Notes under the pieces: generated by a model
Databases searched by the model: none
Told to the model about the DNA's origin: nothing
The model's input: the letters and a program-made list of their open reading frames with translations, nothing else
Translations under genes and position numbers: made by a program
Shown here: positions 27,418 to 38,980 of the stretch, piece after piece
How positions within the stretch are numbered: the stretch's first letter is position 1
How the letters are laid out: every line of letters starts with the position of its first letter
Origin: Octopus vulgaris
Lineage: Eukaryota
Assembly: GCA_951406725.2 (NCBI GenBank)
Contig: OX597817.1
Location: 23,994,001-24,058,000 of the forward strand
Direction: 5' to 3'
DNA: 64,000 nucleotides

Positions 27418-27870
27418 GCGTGAGTGTGAAATCAGAATTTATCATAGCGTCTGAATAATTCCACTTATTTATATGAATTTACATTCCCAGCTTTGACGGC
27501 AATATAGGCAATATATGCTTGTCTGTTCAGAAAATAAATATACCTTTAAGAATATCATTGATAAATATCAAGTTAGAATTTGCTGTAATTATGGTGTACC
27601 GAAACAAACAAGCACTCCTATTCCTCTGAAGATACTCATATATACATTTCGCTGTTATTAAAGTTTTGTCTGGCCTTAACTGATATCCACAATACTGTAT
27701 ATTTTCTGACTTTCAACTTGTTAGTAACATTTTTTAGTGTAATATAACAACATACTGGTCATATTGAGGTTTTGATTTCATGAATACTGAAAACAATCAT
27801 GAGAAAATTTCTCTGGTATATATAGGGGTCACAAATGAAGAATTTTTCAGAATGGTGGTCCCTGTTAAGG
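25750..27870 (+). pseudogene. Heavily decayed hAT (Charlie/Buster, ZBED5-like) transposase remnant
   Basis: Fragments KKPYIIGEELVLPAA (~26232-26276) and RFAIQMDES (~26392-26418). Boundaries approximate. Interrupted by (TTTC)n at 27322-27418. Confidence 0.6.
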
Positions 27871-29325
27871 AGTTCATTGATTTTGAATGTCATTTAACAA
27901 TTATTTTTTGTTTTATGAGCTCCAATGGGCATTGTATAATTAGTTAATATGTATACGTTGTAAAATGGGGAGTATAGTGCATTGATTTTTGTCTACCTAT
28001 CACTTGCAGCAGTCATTTTACATTAGATTAAAATATTTAACTGTTTTCAGTTACGATGAATAGCTGCTTAAGAGCTTAATAGTTATGAGAGTGAATAATG
28101 ACACACAAAAGTTTTGTCTTTTCTTGAACTCCAATACAATTTCTTTTACTATATATCTTCCTTCCCATCATATTCTTCTCTTATCTATTTTTTGGTACGT
28201 GACAGTTTGAACTATACGATGTTGTTGGCAGATCAAGGTCTAGGGCTTTGATCGAACTCTCTTATGACACGCATGTATTCCACTGAACAACGAGATGCTA
28301 CTAACATTTATCTTCCCAAGTTATGCTATGTCTTTTTCTGTGTGAGGACTATACCGCATGCTCCAATGTGCAGTGGTGAATGGCATGGTATTAATTGTAA
28401 AATTCTCTTTCTAAACACATATGGATCCAGTGACAGTGATTATTAGACTCAAACAAAGTACAGCAATTAATGTCCCTCTACACGTGTCTTCAAAATTGTT
28501 GTTTTTATTATTATGTTACTCAAGAGGTGGGCGCTACCAGTGACCATTTACAGTGTCTTCGAGACGAATGAAAGTTAGGAAGGAAGATATACTCAAACTG
28601 AGAACCTGGCCTGGGTGTTTGCAATAGAGTGAATTTCACTAAAGGCCCCACTTAAAACTAATGGCAAATTAATTATATTACAAAGGAGGCCATAATGAAA
28701 TTTGAATTCAGAACCAAGGATGCATAGAGTCAGAATAAACACTGCGAATTTGTCCGACGCTCCAACAACTCTGTCAATTCGGCATACCAAATACATTAAA
28801 TGTATAACACATTGGAATGGTTGTATTAACATCTATATTATAAAAGAGGCAGTCGCTTATTAAGTAGGTCTCAATATAAAACTCTTAAGAAAAGAAAGCA
28901 AATATTAAAGACTACATTGCTAGGAAAGAACAATTTAAAAATTTAAATATTAATACTTTTTTTAAACGATAAAAATGTAGCTTTGAAGATCCCTGTATTG
29001 TTGAAGATTTCACCTAAACGAGTGATTTTTATTTCATGCGTGATATTAAAAAAAAAAATCGTACACTTCGTTTCTTAACATCTCCCTCACTTCTTTCTTT
29101 GTCTTTTTCAATTTCTTCTTTGCATAAATATTACCGATAGTTAATTCCTTTGCTGGTATCGCTGTTCGTGATGAGCAGAAATAAAATAAAAATATAATTT
29201 TCCATCACTGTACATCTGTAGACGTGTAACCATAGGTTATTAATACTAAACTGTTCAAATGTATATGTTGACGAAAAAAATAAGGCTGAGAAACTAATAA
29301 GTTATACAGAAAGTTATACAGAAAG

Positions 29326-29554
29326 GCGGCGAGCTGACAGACACGTTAGCGCGCCGGGTGAAATGCTTAGCGGTATTTCGTCTGTTGTTACGTTCTGAGT
29401 TCAAATTCCGCCGAGGTCAACTTTGCCTTTCATCCTTTCGGGGTCGATAAATAAAGTACCAGTTTCGCACTGGGGCGATATAATCGACTCAATCCCTTCG
29501 TCTGTCCTTGTTTGTCCCCTCTATGTTTAGCCCCTTGTGGGCAGTAAATAAATA
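29326..29554 (+). mobile_element. SINE family D
   Basis: 11-bp TSD TATACAGAAAG at 29315-29325 and 29555-29565. Confidence 0.92.
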
Positions 29555-29761
29555 TATACAGAAAGCGCTTGATGAGAAAGCTAACTGTGTTTTGAGTGCG
29601 TACTATAGTAATAACTCATCTACCAGCTTGAACGTGGGTGATAATAATGGCTGCTGTAATAACAGCAATACTACGCATACTAATATGGATATCATAGAAA
29701 TAAAATAAATTGACCATTGACGGAAACACTGTGAGCAGTGCAAAGGTTGGTTGAGTTATGT

Positions 29762-30418
29762 GGGTATTTCTGTGTATATTTGTTGGGGAGGAGGGGAAGG
29801 TGATGGAAAGAGAGGAACAAACGGTAGTTTTATTTGGATGGAGGTGTTTGTGGTGATGTTGGACTTATTTTGTTATCCAGTCTGTAGATGTCAAGGGTGG
29901 GTCAAACATTTCTTTATTTGATCTCATTTAAGGCACGGCTATCTTCAGTGAATTTTGAAGTAAACATGTTAGCCGATGTAACCACTGCAGTCATCAGCTG
30001 TGCTCATACAGAATAGAGTGGAGCATACAACCCACCGGTCTATTATAAAAAGCGCTGCACCGTACAATTGAAGATCACGTATATGCAACTTATTCCAAGA
30101 AGAATCGCTGGAAATCATCACATCCATGGAATACGCTATCAAGAGACACTCCGAGATGATCATATCATGTAAACATAAAATCAAAACATTGTTTCTGGAA
30201 TTAAAAAAAAAACATTTTGAAACGGAATAACATCAACTGCCTTTAGCATATTATAGTCATGCCTTAAATGAGGTCGAACAAAGCAATGTATGACCCATCC
30301 TTGACGGATAGCAAAATAAATCCAACATCACCACACACACTACCTTCTCCCATATAACTACCACTTCTTTCTTTCTTTTCATCACATCACCTCCTGCCCA
30401 ATATACACAGAAATATCC
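29762..30418 (+). mobile_element. Penelope-like element 3' end (GIY-YIG C-terminus) with inverted pseudo-LTR
   Basis: Inverted arms at 29762-29942 and 30253-30418. The spacer translates SIIKSAAPYN*RSRICNLFQEESLEII...KRHSEMIISCKHK. Confidence 0.78.
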
Positions 30419-31272
30419 GCCTTCGCACTGGTTACAAGGGATAAACATCCCTCTGTTAAATATCTATTTATGTTATATCGCCTGAAGAAATGAATCCATG
30501 AAGATGATCTACCCAATGCTACCCAATACTAAGGATCACACTGTAATCATCACAGGAATGCGGACTCTGATGTTAAGAGGCATGTGATTTGTTGAAATGT
30601 GCGTAGTGATGCATTAATTACCTATGAATTCCGTCCAAGTATTGTTGTTATTATTACTATATTTATCCTACACCATATCGGTACAGCTCGATGCAACCTC
30701 CAAAATCGGTTCACTCGTCAGCATCATTAGAGTGTGGCCGGAATAAAGGAATAAGAGATTTATTTGCATATTCAAAATGTTTTCCGTAAACAAATTTAAT
30801 GCGTGTGTGTGTGTGGGTAACTTATACGGGGCTCAGTAAAGTCATCATAACACCCGATTTCTTCATAAATTGTAGGACTGTCTTTAAGCACTCGCTACTA
30901 TTCTAAATATATATGTATTCAGCAACTGAGTACTATTTGACGAATAAAGGATACAAAAGCAAATTGGAAGTAACATATTAGAAAAATAACAAAAATTGGG
31001 GTACCAAAAGTGTAAATTTTAGCAACTAGCAAAATAACCGCCCTTCAGGAATTTGTTAAATGCATATTTACCCTCGCACGCAAACAAAACCAAGGTATGT
31101 TAATCACTCATTTTTGTCAGTTTCTCTGTGTGTTTGCAAAATTACTGGAAAACGGTCGAACGGAATTTCACCAGATTGTGCAGAAATACTCATTGTGTGA
31201 GTGGCTCAAAATGATAAACATTTGGTTTCATTATCTTAGAAAATATATTAAAAAGAACTTTTTTTTAAACAT

Positions 31273-31440
31273 AGGCGCAGGAGTGGCTGTGTGGTAAGTA
31301 GCTTGCTAACCAACCACATGGTTCCGGGTTCAGTCCCACTGCACGTGGCACCTTGGGCAAGTGTCTTCTGCTATAGCCCCGGGCCGATCAATGCCTTGTG
31401 AGTGGATTTGGTAGACGGAAACTGAAAGAAGCCTGTCGTA

Positions 31441-31487
<47 letters not shown>

Positions 31488-31712
31488 ATATGTTTATATT
31501 TCTGTGTTTGTTCCCCCGAGCATTGCTTGACAACCGATGATGGTGTGTTTACGTCCCCGTTACTTAGCGGTTCGGCAAAAAGAGACCGATATAATAAGTA
31601 CTGGGCTTACAAAAAGAATAAGTCCCGGGGTCGAGTTGCTCGACTAAAAATGCGGTGCTCCAGCATGGCCGCAGTCAAATGACTGAAACAAGTAAAAGAG
31701 AGTAAAAGAGTA
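31273..31712 (+). mobile_element. SINE family C
   Basis: Full length, with internal (TA)n and GTAAAAGA tail. Confidence 0.92.
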
Positions 31713-33559
31713 TTGAACTTACAAATTTCTCGATAAGCAAGTGGTCATATTATTTTGTTCACTTTCCTTTTCATATGAATCTACCTTCGTCTGCGTGTGT
31801 ATAGATCATGATGTACCTATGCACTTAGACACGTTTGTGTACATACATACATACATACATTCATATATAGATATGCGAATCTGTGTTTGAGTCTGTGAGT
31901 GCGTATGCGCGTGTGTACACTGATGCATTGAAGGGTTTCGTTTATTTACGAGTTGGTTTGTTAATTTTACCGTAGTATAAATACCTATAATGGTGATACT
32001 TTAAAAAAAATCAGTTCAATTAAAAAGCATGGGTAAGCAACGCATTGTAAGCCACACTATAATTTGCGAAAAAACTTATCTCCGCTTAAAGGGTATGTAT
32101 CATCCATCCGATGTCTTTTTTTTCTCTCATTTTCAATAGCATTAAATTGTCCAGATATACCGCCATAATTCGTGAAAAAAGGAAAAAATATCAAAGGTGA
32201 ACGAGTTAGTACGGCTGCTTGATAAGTCAAAGGTCCTTACAATATGCTGTAACTTCTGGCTTATTAAACGGCCACATAGAAGATGAACTAACTGTGTTTG
32301 TCTGAGAAACAGAGATTATGTCTGTAATGAAACAATGAAATATTTACTCGACAAATGAGTACAATAAGATGAATAAAGAATACAAAGGAAAATTAGAAGA
32401 AAGAGAGAAAAACTCCACATAATGAGAATCAAATGTGTAAATATCAACTAGCAATCAGAAAACCGCCCCGAGGTTGGTATTTCTGCTAGTATTTGAATTA
32501 TGTATTTGATAAATATTTACATTTATTAAATGTTAATAGATGCTTACATTTATTAAATATGTATCCTTAAATATATTGTTATTATTGCTGTTTTGCGAAA
32601 CCAATTATTCTACTAAAAAATCTCTGACAATAGTCACTTCTTATTTTAACACATTTCATATGTAATAAACAGTTAGACGCAACAGCTCTATAGAGAAAAA
32701 TAACCTCCGTACCCTCGTTTCAGCTCAACTTTCAGTTAATAGCTGCAATTTGATGACAAAATCATATTCTTGTTATTCTTATACAAAAAAATAACCACTT
32801 TCAGTCCTCACCACCATCACCGCCACCCTGCTTTAGGTCGCTTTTATAGAACACAACTAGATTTCTAATGTAAGATTCAAAATTGTCACAGATAACTCGA
32901 TGCATATAAAAATGCTGTATTTTGGCCTTGATAAAATAGAGTCATGATTAAAACCTTCCTGCCGATGTAATAATCCAATATTTTCCTCAAGCAGAGTGCA
33001 CCCAAGCACACAATGTGTCCTTCGTTTTTAAGATGGGTGATCGTAATGTACAAGAGATTTGGTTGCTATTTCTTGTAGGTTAACTATGAACTAAAGGCTC
33101 ATTTGTTGGCTCTATAAAAAGTTAACATGACAAGTAGGTGTTGCCAGGTTTTTGTTATACCATGAAATATACTGAGACAATACCAACAAAAGCATTACAC
33201 ACCTTTACATAAAAACAAAAGCAATGTCTGAAGGCTATCAGACTTCAATATTTTGTCAATTTCTATTCAATAAATCTGCTTACAATAACAGCAACATCAG
33301 CATCACCAGAGGAACATATTTTTTTTTTGTTTCAATAGGTGTCTTGTCACTGTTATGTGTCTTGTAACATAAGACATATCTCTATGATCTAATTATGTTG
33401 TTGCTTCCAAATAATGTAATTGTTTTCTTTCTTTTCCTCCTCCAACTTCCTTCTTCTTTGCCTCCTTGTTTTCTTTCCTAATTTTTTTTTTTTTTTTGTA
33501 TTTCAAGTCAAAAAACAACGTCGCTCTCCTCAACAAGAAGCAATTACAATAGTAATGAG

Positions 33560-33661
33560 GATGATGATGACGACGATGATGATAACTACAACAAAAACAA
33601 AAACAACAACAGCAGCAACAACAACAACAACAACAATAACAACAACAACAACAACAACAAC

Positions 33662-33713
<52 letters not shown>
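33560..33713. repeat. (GAT)/(AAC)n/(AAT)n compound microsatellite
   Basis: Read directly. Confidence 0.95.
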
Positions 33714-33714
<1 letters not shown>

Positions 33715-33873
33715 CGCAATAGATGGAGAAATAGCATTAGCAAAACTATCTAAAGTAGCTCAAAACTACAGTGGTGTATGTCGTTTACTTCTTGTAATTG
33801 CTTTGCATTTTGTTCCAAGACATACTTGTTTGTTTAACTGTGGTGAGTAAGTCATATGAAATTATTATTATTA

Positions 33874-34742
33874 ACCAGTATGCTCCGCTGGATGGGTAAT
33901 GTCAGTGTGCATACTCGTCAGAGTGTAAGTACCTTGAGAGAAAAGTTGGACCTAAGAAGCATCAGATGTGGTGTGCAAGAGAGACAACTGAGCTAGTATG
34001 GTCATGTGGCGAGAATGGATGAGGATAGCTGTGTGAAAAAGTGCCACACCTTAGCGGTTGAGGGAAGCTGTGGAAGAGGCAGACCCAGGAAAACCTGTGA
34101 TGAGGTGGTGAAGCACGACCTTCGAACATTAGGCCTCACCGAAGCAATGACTAGTGACCGAAACCTTTAGAATTATGCAGCGCGTGAGAAGACCCGCAAA
34201 CCAAGTGAGACTATAACCCGTGGCCTATGCTAGGGGAGTAACCTACCCACTTATGTGTACCTTTCCTTCATTGGACACTAAATTCTGCTTTCGAAGACCT
34301 GTTGGGGCAAGTGAAATCGAAATCGAATCAAATTCGATGACTGGCATCCGTGCTAGTGGAGCGCCGCTAAGAGCACCATCCGAGCGTGATCGTTGTCAGA
34401 GCAGTTGACCGGCTTCCGTGTTGATGGTACGTAAAAGTGCCGGTGGCACGTGAGAAAACATTCGAGCGAGGTCGTTGCCAGTGCCGCTGGACTGGCTCCT
34501 GTGCAGGTGGCATGTAAAAAAAACACCATTTGAGCGTGACCGTTGCCAGTACCGCCTGACTGACCCTCGTACAGGTGACATGTAAAAGCACCCACTACAC
34601 TCTCGGAATGGTTGGCGTTAGGAAGGGCATCCAGCTGTAGAAACTCTGCCAGATCAAATGGGAGCCTGGTGTAGTCATCTGATTCGCCAGTCCTCAGTCA
34701 AATCGTCCGACCCATGCTAGCATGGAAAGCGGACGTTAAACG
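33874..34742 (+). mobile_element. 5'-truncated RTE-clade LINE (ORF C-terminus plus 3' UTR)
   Basis: MLRWMGNVSVHTRQSVSTLREKLDLRSIRCGVQERQLS*YGHVARMDEDSCVKKCHTLAVEGSCGRGRPRKT. The 3' UTR has three ~70-bp tandem units (CGTTGCCAG...GTAAAA). Ends GGACGTTAAACG + (ATT)n, with (ATT)n also at the 5' junction. Confidence 0.88.
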
Positions 34743-35579
34743 ATTATTATTATTATTATTATTATTACTATATAATTTTCTTTATGGAGACAAACAAGCA
34801 ACTACAATGATATAAGTGAGGGTGTATGTTTTTCTCTCTCTTTATCTATCTTTCTTTCTCTCTCTCTCTCTCTCTTTCATTCTCTTTCGTTGTATATATA
34901 TATATATATATATGTAACAAATGAAGTCAATATCCAGCATGGTTAAAACAAAATAACTACTGGACAGCCCCAATTATCAAACACCACCACCACAATCCCC
35001 CACCACTACCACCATTACTATTACTTTTACTGTTACTACTACAACAAAAACAAGAACAATGGCAAACGCTGTACTAACCATAGTTTTCTATGTGCTGTCA
35101 TAGCTTTCAATTCAAGTCGCATGAAGGTGATAATATTCCGTTACTACACACGCAAAGCATTTAACCTGCTGCTTCTTAGTACACTTTCTTCGATTGTAAA
35201 TAGTTGGATTATTTCAGCACAGTTCGCTACAATGAGATGCAAAAATATTGCATCTCTAACAAGAGTTTTGTCAACTTGCATTACTGTCTTCAGATCTTCT
35301 TGAGTGCCAAGACAAGAAATTGCATTGACATCCAAGAAGTCAACATCCAGAATAGCCATGATAAAGGATTTTGACTGCAGCACTCTTCTTCTTTCTTTAG
35401 TCTCTAATTACCTCTTATTAAGAAGGTCTCTGATCAAAAATATAAACACTTACACCTGGGACAAAATTAAATTAACTCTAGTTGTCCTGTATATAAGATC
35501 GTCTGGGTTGTGATTTGAGGAGGTATTTAGTTGATATTTCCAGCAGGTCATACAATTATGCAGAAATAATCCCCTAATT

Positions 35580-35964
35580 AGAGCAGTTGTATACTGTCAA
35601 CTTAACATGGCAGTCCCATAAAGGGAATCACAGCACCGCTATTTAGCCCTAGGAAGCATCAACGCTTCCTGTCGGCCTTGATACATTTCCTGTGTCGTTA
35701 TGTTTACAAAGGGGAGACAAGCACTCCCATCCAGCTAAGCCTGCACCCAGAGACTAGTTTCTGAGTCTCGCTTGTCATCAGTCTGGAGTAGCATGGCTTG
35801 CTAGCTGCAGATGCCTGTCTAGACCATGTAAACATATATAATAATTCCAGTGAAATAAATCTACTGATCACAAAAAATAGAAATATTAAATTTCTAAATA
35901 TCTCAAGGAGATATAAGCAGTGGTGGTACGATAGAGCAGTTGTATACCGTCAACTTAACGTGAC
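35580..35964 (-). mobile_element. Candidate non-LTR retrozyme (1.1 copies of a 353-nt hammerhead-bearing unit)
   Basis: 12-bp TSD AATCCCCTAATT (35568-35579, 35965-35976). 38-bp terminal redundancy at 35580-35617 / 35933-35970 (4 mismatches). Internal hammerhead, several hairpins, no ORF. Confidence 0.75.
35732..35807 (-). ncRNA. Type I hammerhead ribozyme motif
   Basis: CCAGA CUGAUGA CAAGCGAGACUCA GAAA CUAG UC^ UCUGG. Intact core, GUC site, palindromic stem III (ACUAGU), long bulged stem I. Stem II is weak. Confidence 0.75.
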
Positions 35965-36077
35965 AATCCCCTAATTGATTCAACTCTAATACTATCTTTC
36001 AGTGTTTATATTGAAAGATGTTATAGCCAATGCGATACTTAATAAAAATGGCTTAGTAGTTTCCATATATATATTTA

Positions 36078-36132
<55 letters not shown>

Positions 36133-36276
36133 TAATCCAAACATGAAAGCACAAATAAACACAACAACAAATATAGAGAGAGAGAAGGAAAGAATGCATG
36201 CATACATACATACATACATACATACATACATACATACATACATACATACATACATACATACATACATACATACATA
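36078..36276. repeat. (TA)n and (CATA)n with a ~40-bp repeat fragment (36130-36170) that recurs inverted at 56810-56850
   Basis: GTTAATCCAAACATGAAAGCACAAA matches the reverse complement of TTTGTGCTTTCATGTGTGGATTAAC. Confidence 0.8.
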
Positions 36277-37069
36277 AATGTAAGATCCAGGGATCGAGAT
36301 GTAGGAAGAAATTTACCTTCAAGCAATCTGTAGTAAATATAAGAAAAGACTTTCAGGGACAATAGGGTTTTTTGAGACGGAAGGTTGTGGATTTTGTTTC
36401 ATATAGAAGAAAAATAAGCTGAAAAAAGGTTCTTTTTATATTCCACGGTAGGCGACCAGGGTTGCCGGTTGTGCGAATAAGAATGCAAGAGTTATGGAAT
36501 GGAGTAGGTAAGATCCGGGCTACATATGTTTCATAGCGGGTGGGACCTCAGAACTGGTAAAAATCCGAGCGAGATGCACACCGCCGGTTACTCTTCACGC
36601 CAAGGATATCGGGATTAGATTAAAAGTTACATTGTCGTCGCAAGGATATACATGTTAGCACATGGAAGATTAAATCAAAATGTGTAGAGAGCACAGTATG
36701 AGAGGAGTATATAAATATAGGGAGAAAAAATCATTAGAAGAAAGGGGAAAAAGAAGGAAATATAAGGGAGTGAGAGGAAGGAGGAATTTAAGCAAGGTCA
36801 ATTGACTGGTATTAAATAATGGAGCTGTTTTGGCTGAACCACAGAATTTAGTAAGGGGGTTAGTATTTGAAGAGAAGATAATTTAGAGGGAAGAGGGTGG
36901 GGAAATATTTTTGGTCAAGGGGAAGAAAGATAGAGTGGATAAATAAAGATAGAGTGAAGAATTTAAGTTTGGTTAGTTAAGTATGGTGGTATTCAAAGGT
37001 TTTTTTTTTTGTTTTTAGCCGATAAACAAAAGTTGGCAGGGGAGTGGTATTAGGAAATATATATATACC

Positions 37070-37273
37070 GAGCTGGCAGAAAGGTTAGCACACCGGGCGA
37101 AATGCGTAGCCGTATTTCGTCTGCCGTTACGTTCTGAGTTCGACTTTACCTTTCATCCTTTCGGGGTCGATAAATTAAGTACCAGTTACGCACTGGGGGT
37201 CGATATAATCGACTTAATCCGTCTGTCTTTCCTTGTTTGTCCTCTCTGTGTTTAGCCCATTGTGGGCAGTAAA
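37070..37273 (+). mobile_element. SINE family D (small internal deletion)
   Basis: 16-bp duplication GAAATATATATATACC at 37054-37069 and 37274-37289. Confidence 0.9.
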
Positions 37274-38687
37274 GAAATATATATATACCTATATTCCTAT
37301 AATTGTAACGGTTTTGTCGCTCACTTTCTTTAGACCTCATGCTTAAAGATGAATATGAAACGAGAATAATTCATTTCCGTATCTCTCTCAATAATGTGAG
37401 TCATCTGACTTCACAACAACGATTAATCAAAGCGGGACTCCAGATTCGGTATAGTGTGTACTTCACAACACTAACCCTATTTGCCCTCTTAACAATTTTT
37501 GCATATTTTATTCATTTACATAAAACTATACTCTATTTTTCTCTAGACAAATTTTAAACATCTTTCTGTGGGATTCTCTAAGAACCCAATCACCAATATA
37601 TAAATTTTCTCAGTAACATCCATCTACTACTGAATTTTAGGGATATTGAATGAAGAACTAAAAGTTGTAGAAGAGAATTATAAACACTTGTGTTGCGGAA
37701 TTGATGCATTCATATATACATACATGCACGCCCACACACCAAAATGCACACATACATGAACACACACACACATGTTTGTGGGTGGGGGTGCAGCCTTTTA
37801 GAGTAAGCACTAAAAAGCTGGCATCTAACCAGGGTTTCAGCTGTACTAGTTGTGCAGGAGTAATCAACAATATGAAAATAGGCACAAGAAATGAAATCTG
37901 TAAGTGACTCAGATGAAACGATAATGGGAGATATAGTAAAATACAGGGAAGTTGGATCCATGGATCCTAGATTTTACAAATAAGAAACCGAAACAATTAG
38001 TTGCAATATATTGTATATTAACTCATTCAACCTCTGCCATCATGAGAAAAAGACCCCTCGATAGAACAATATCAACTATGATCATACTCATTATCATAAC
38101 AATTGTACAACTAAATATAAGTGTGTGCAAACCCATGTATGGATTTACATGCATCCATATGTATACAGAAATATTCGTGCATGAATATGTATGAAGGAAA
38201 ACATCAATACATTTGCATGCATAACATTTGCATGTAGCTCCAAACACATCCAACCAAATGATGCTTCGTGTGTATATGTTTTTCGTTTTCTTTCCATAGT
38301 ACGAATTATCTTCATGGTTTCCTCTATATAAAGATCATAGCTGTTGCGTCATTCACTCATGAGAAATTTACTTTAATATCTTGTGATCATTTTTGTTTTG
38401 TTTCTCATTGATTTAATTATCCTGCGACATATTTCAGAATAAGAATTATTCATATAAAATTTCAATTTGATTTCGAACTTTATTATGAAATAATAAAAAC
38501 AATAAGGATTTCTAACAGTTTCAAATATTAAGAAATGGAACAGTTAATTATATCTACCCCAGTATTTAACTGGTACTTATTGACTGCAAAAGAGTAAAAA
38601 GCAAGACCAGCTACAACTGAATTTTAAATCGTACATAGAAGTTAATATACCGCGAGGTATTTTGTCCGATGCTCTTAACTATCATCT

Positions 38688-38980
38688 TGTGGTGGCACAT
38701 GGCCTAGTGGTTAGAGCAGCGGAATCGCGGTCTAGATATCACGGGTTCGAATCTCAGACCGGGCGATGTGTGTGTTTATGAGCGAAACACCTAATCTCCA
38801 CACGGCTCCGGCAGCGAACTTCTGCTGACTCTTTCGCCACAATTTTCTCCCACTCTTTCCTCCTGCATCTTGCAGCTCACCTGCGACGGACCGGCTTCCC
38901 GTCCAGGTGGGGAACATATACGCCAAGGAAACCGGGAAACCGGCCCTTATGAGCCAGGCATGGCTCGAGAAGGAACAAAG
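38688..38980 (+). mobile_element. tRNA-derived SINE, head B + tail Y
   Basis: A box TGGCCTAGTGG and B box GGGTTCGAATCTC. 11-bp TSD AACTATCATCT (38677-38687, 38981-38991). Confidence 0.92.

Noticed and set aside
31070-31240. Helentron/HINE-like segment (also 63829-63990)
   Set aside because: The resemblance is from memory only and the termini could not be defined.
34380-34600. Regularly spaced repeats resembling a CRISPR-like array
   Set aside because: Three degenerate whole-unit tandem repeats in an RTE 3' UTR. No unique spacers, no cas genes, eukaryotic context.
35144-35383. 79-aa non-repetitive ORF, possible host exon
   Set aside because: No recognisable domain and no convincing splice-site pair, so it cannot be supported without a homology search.
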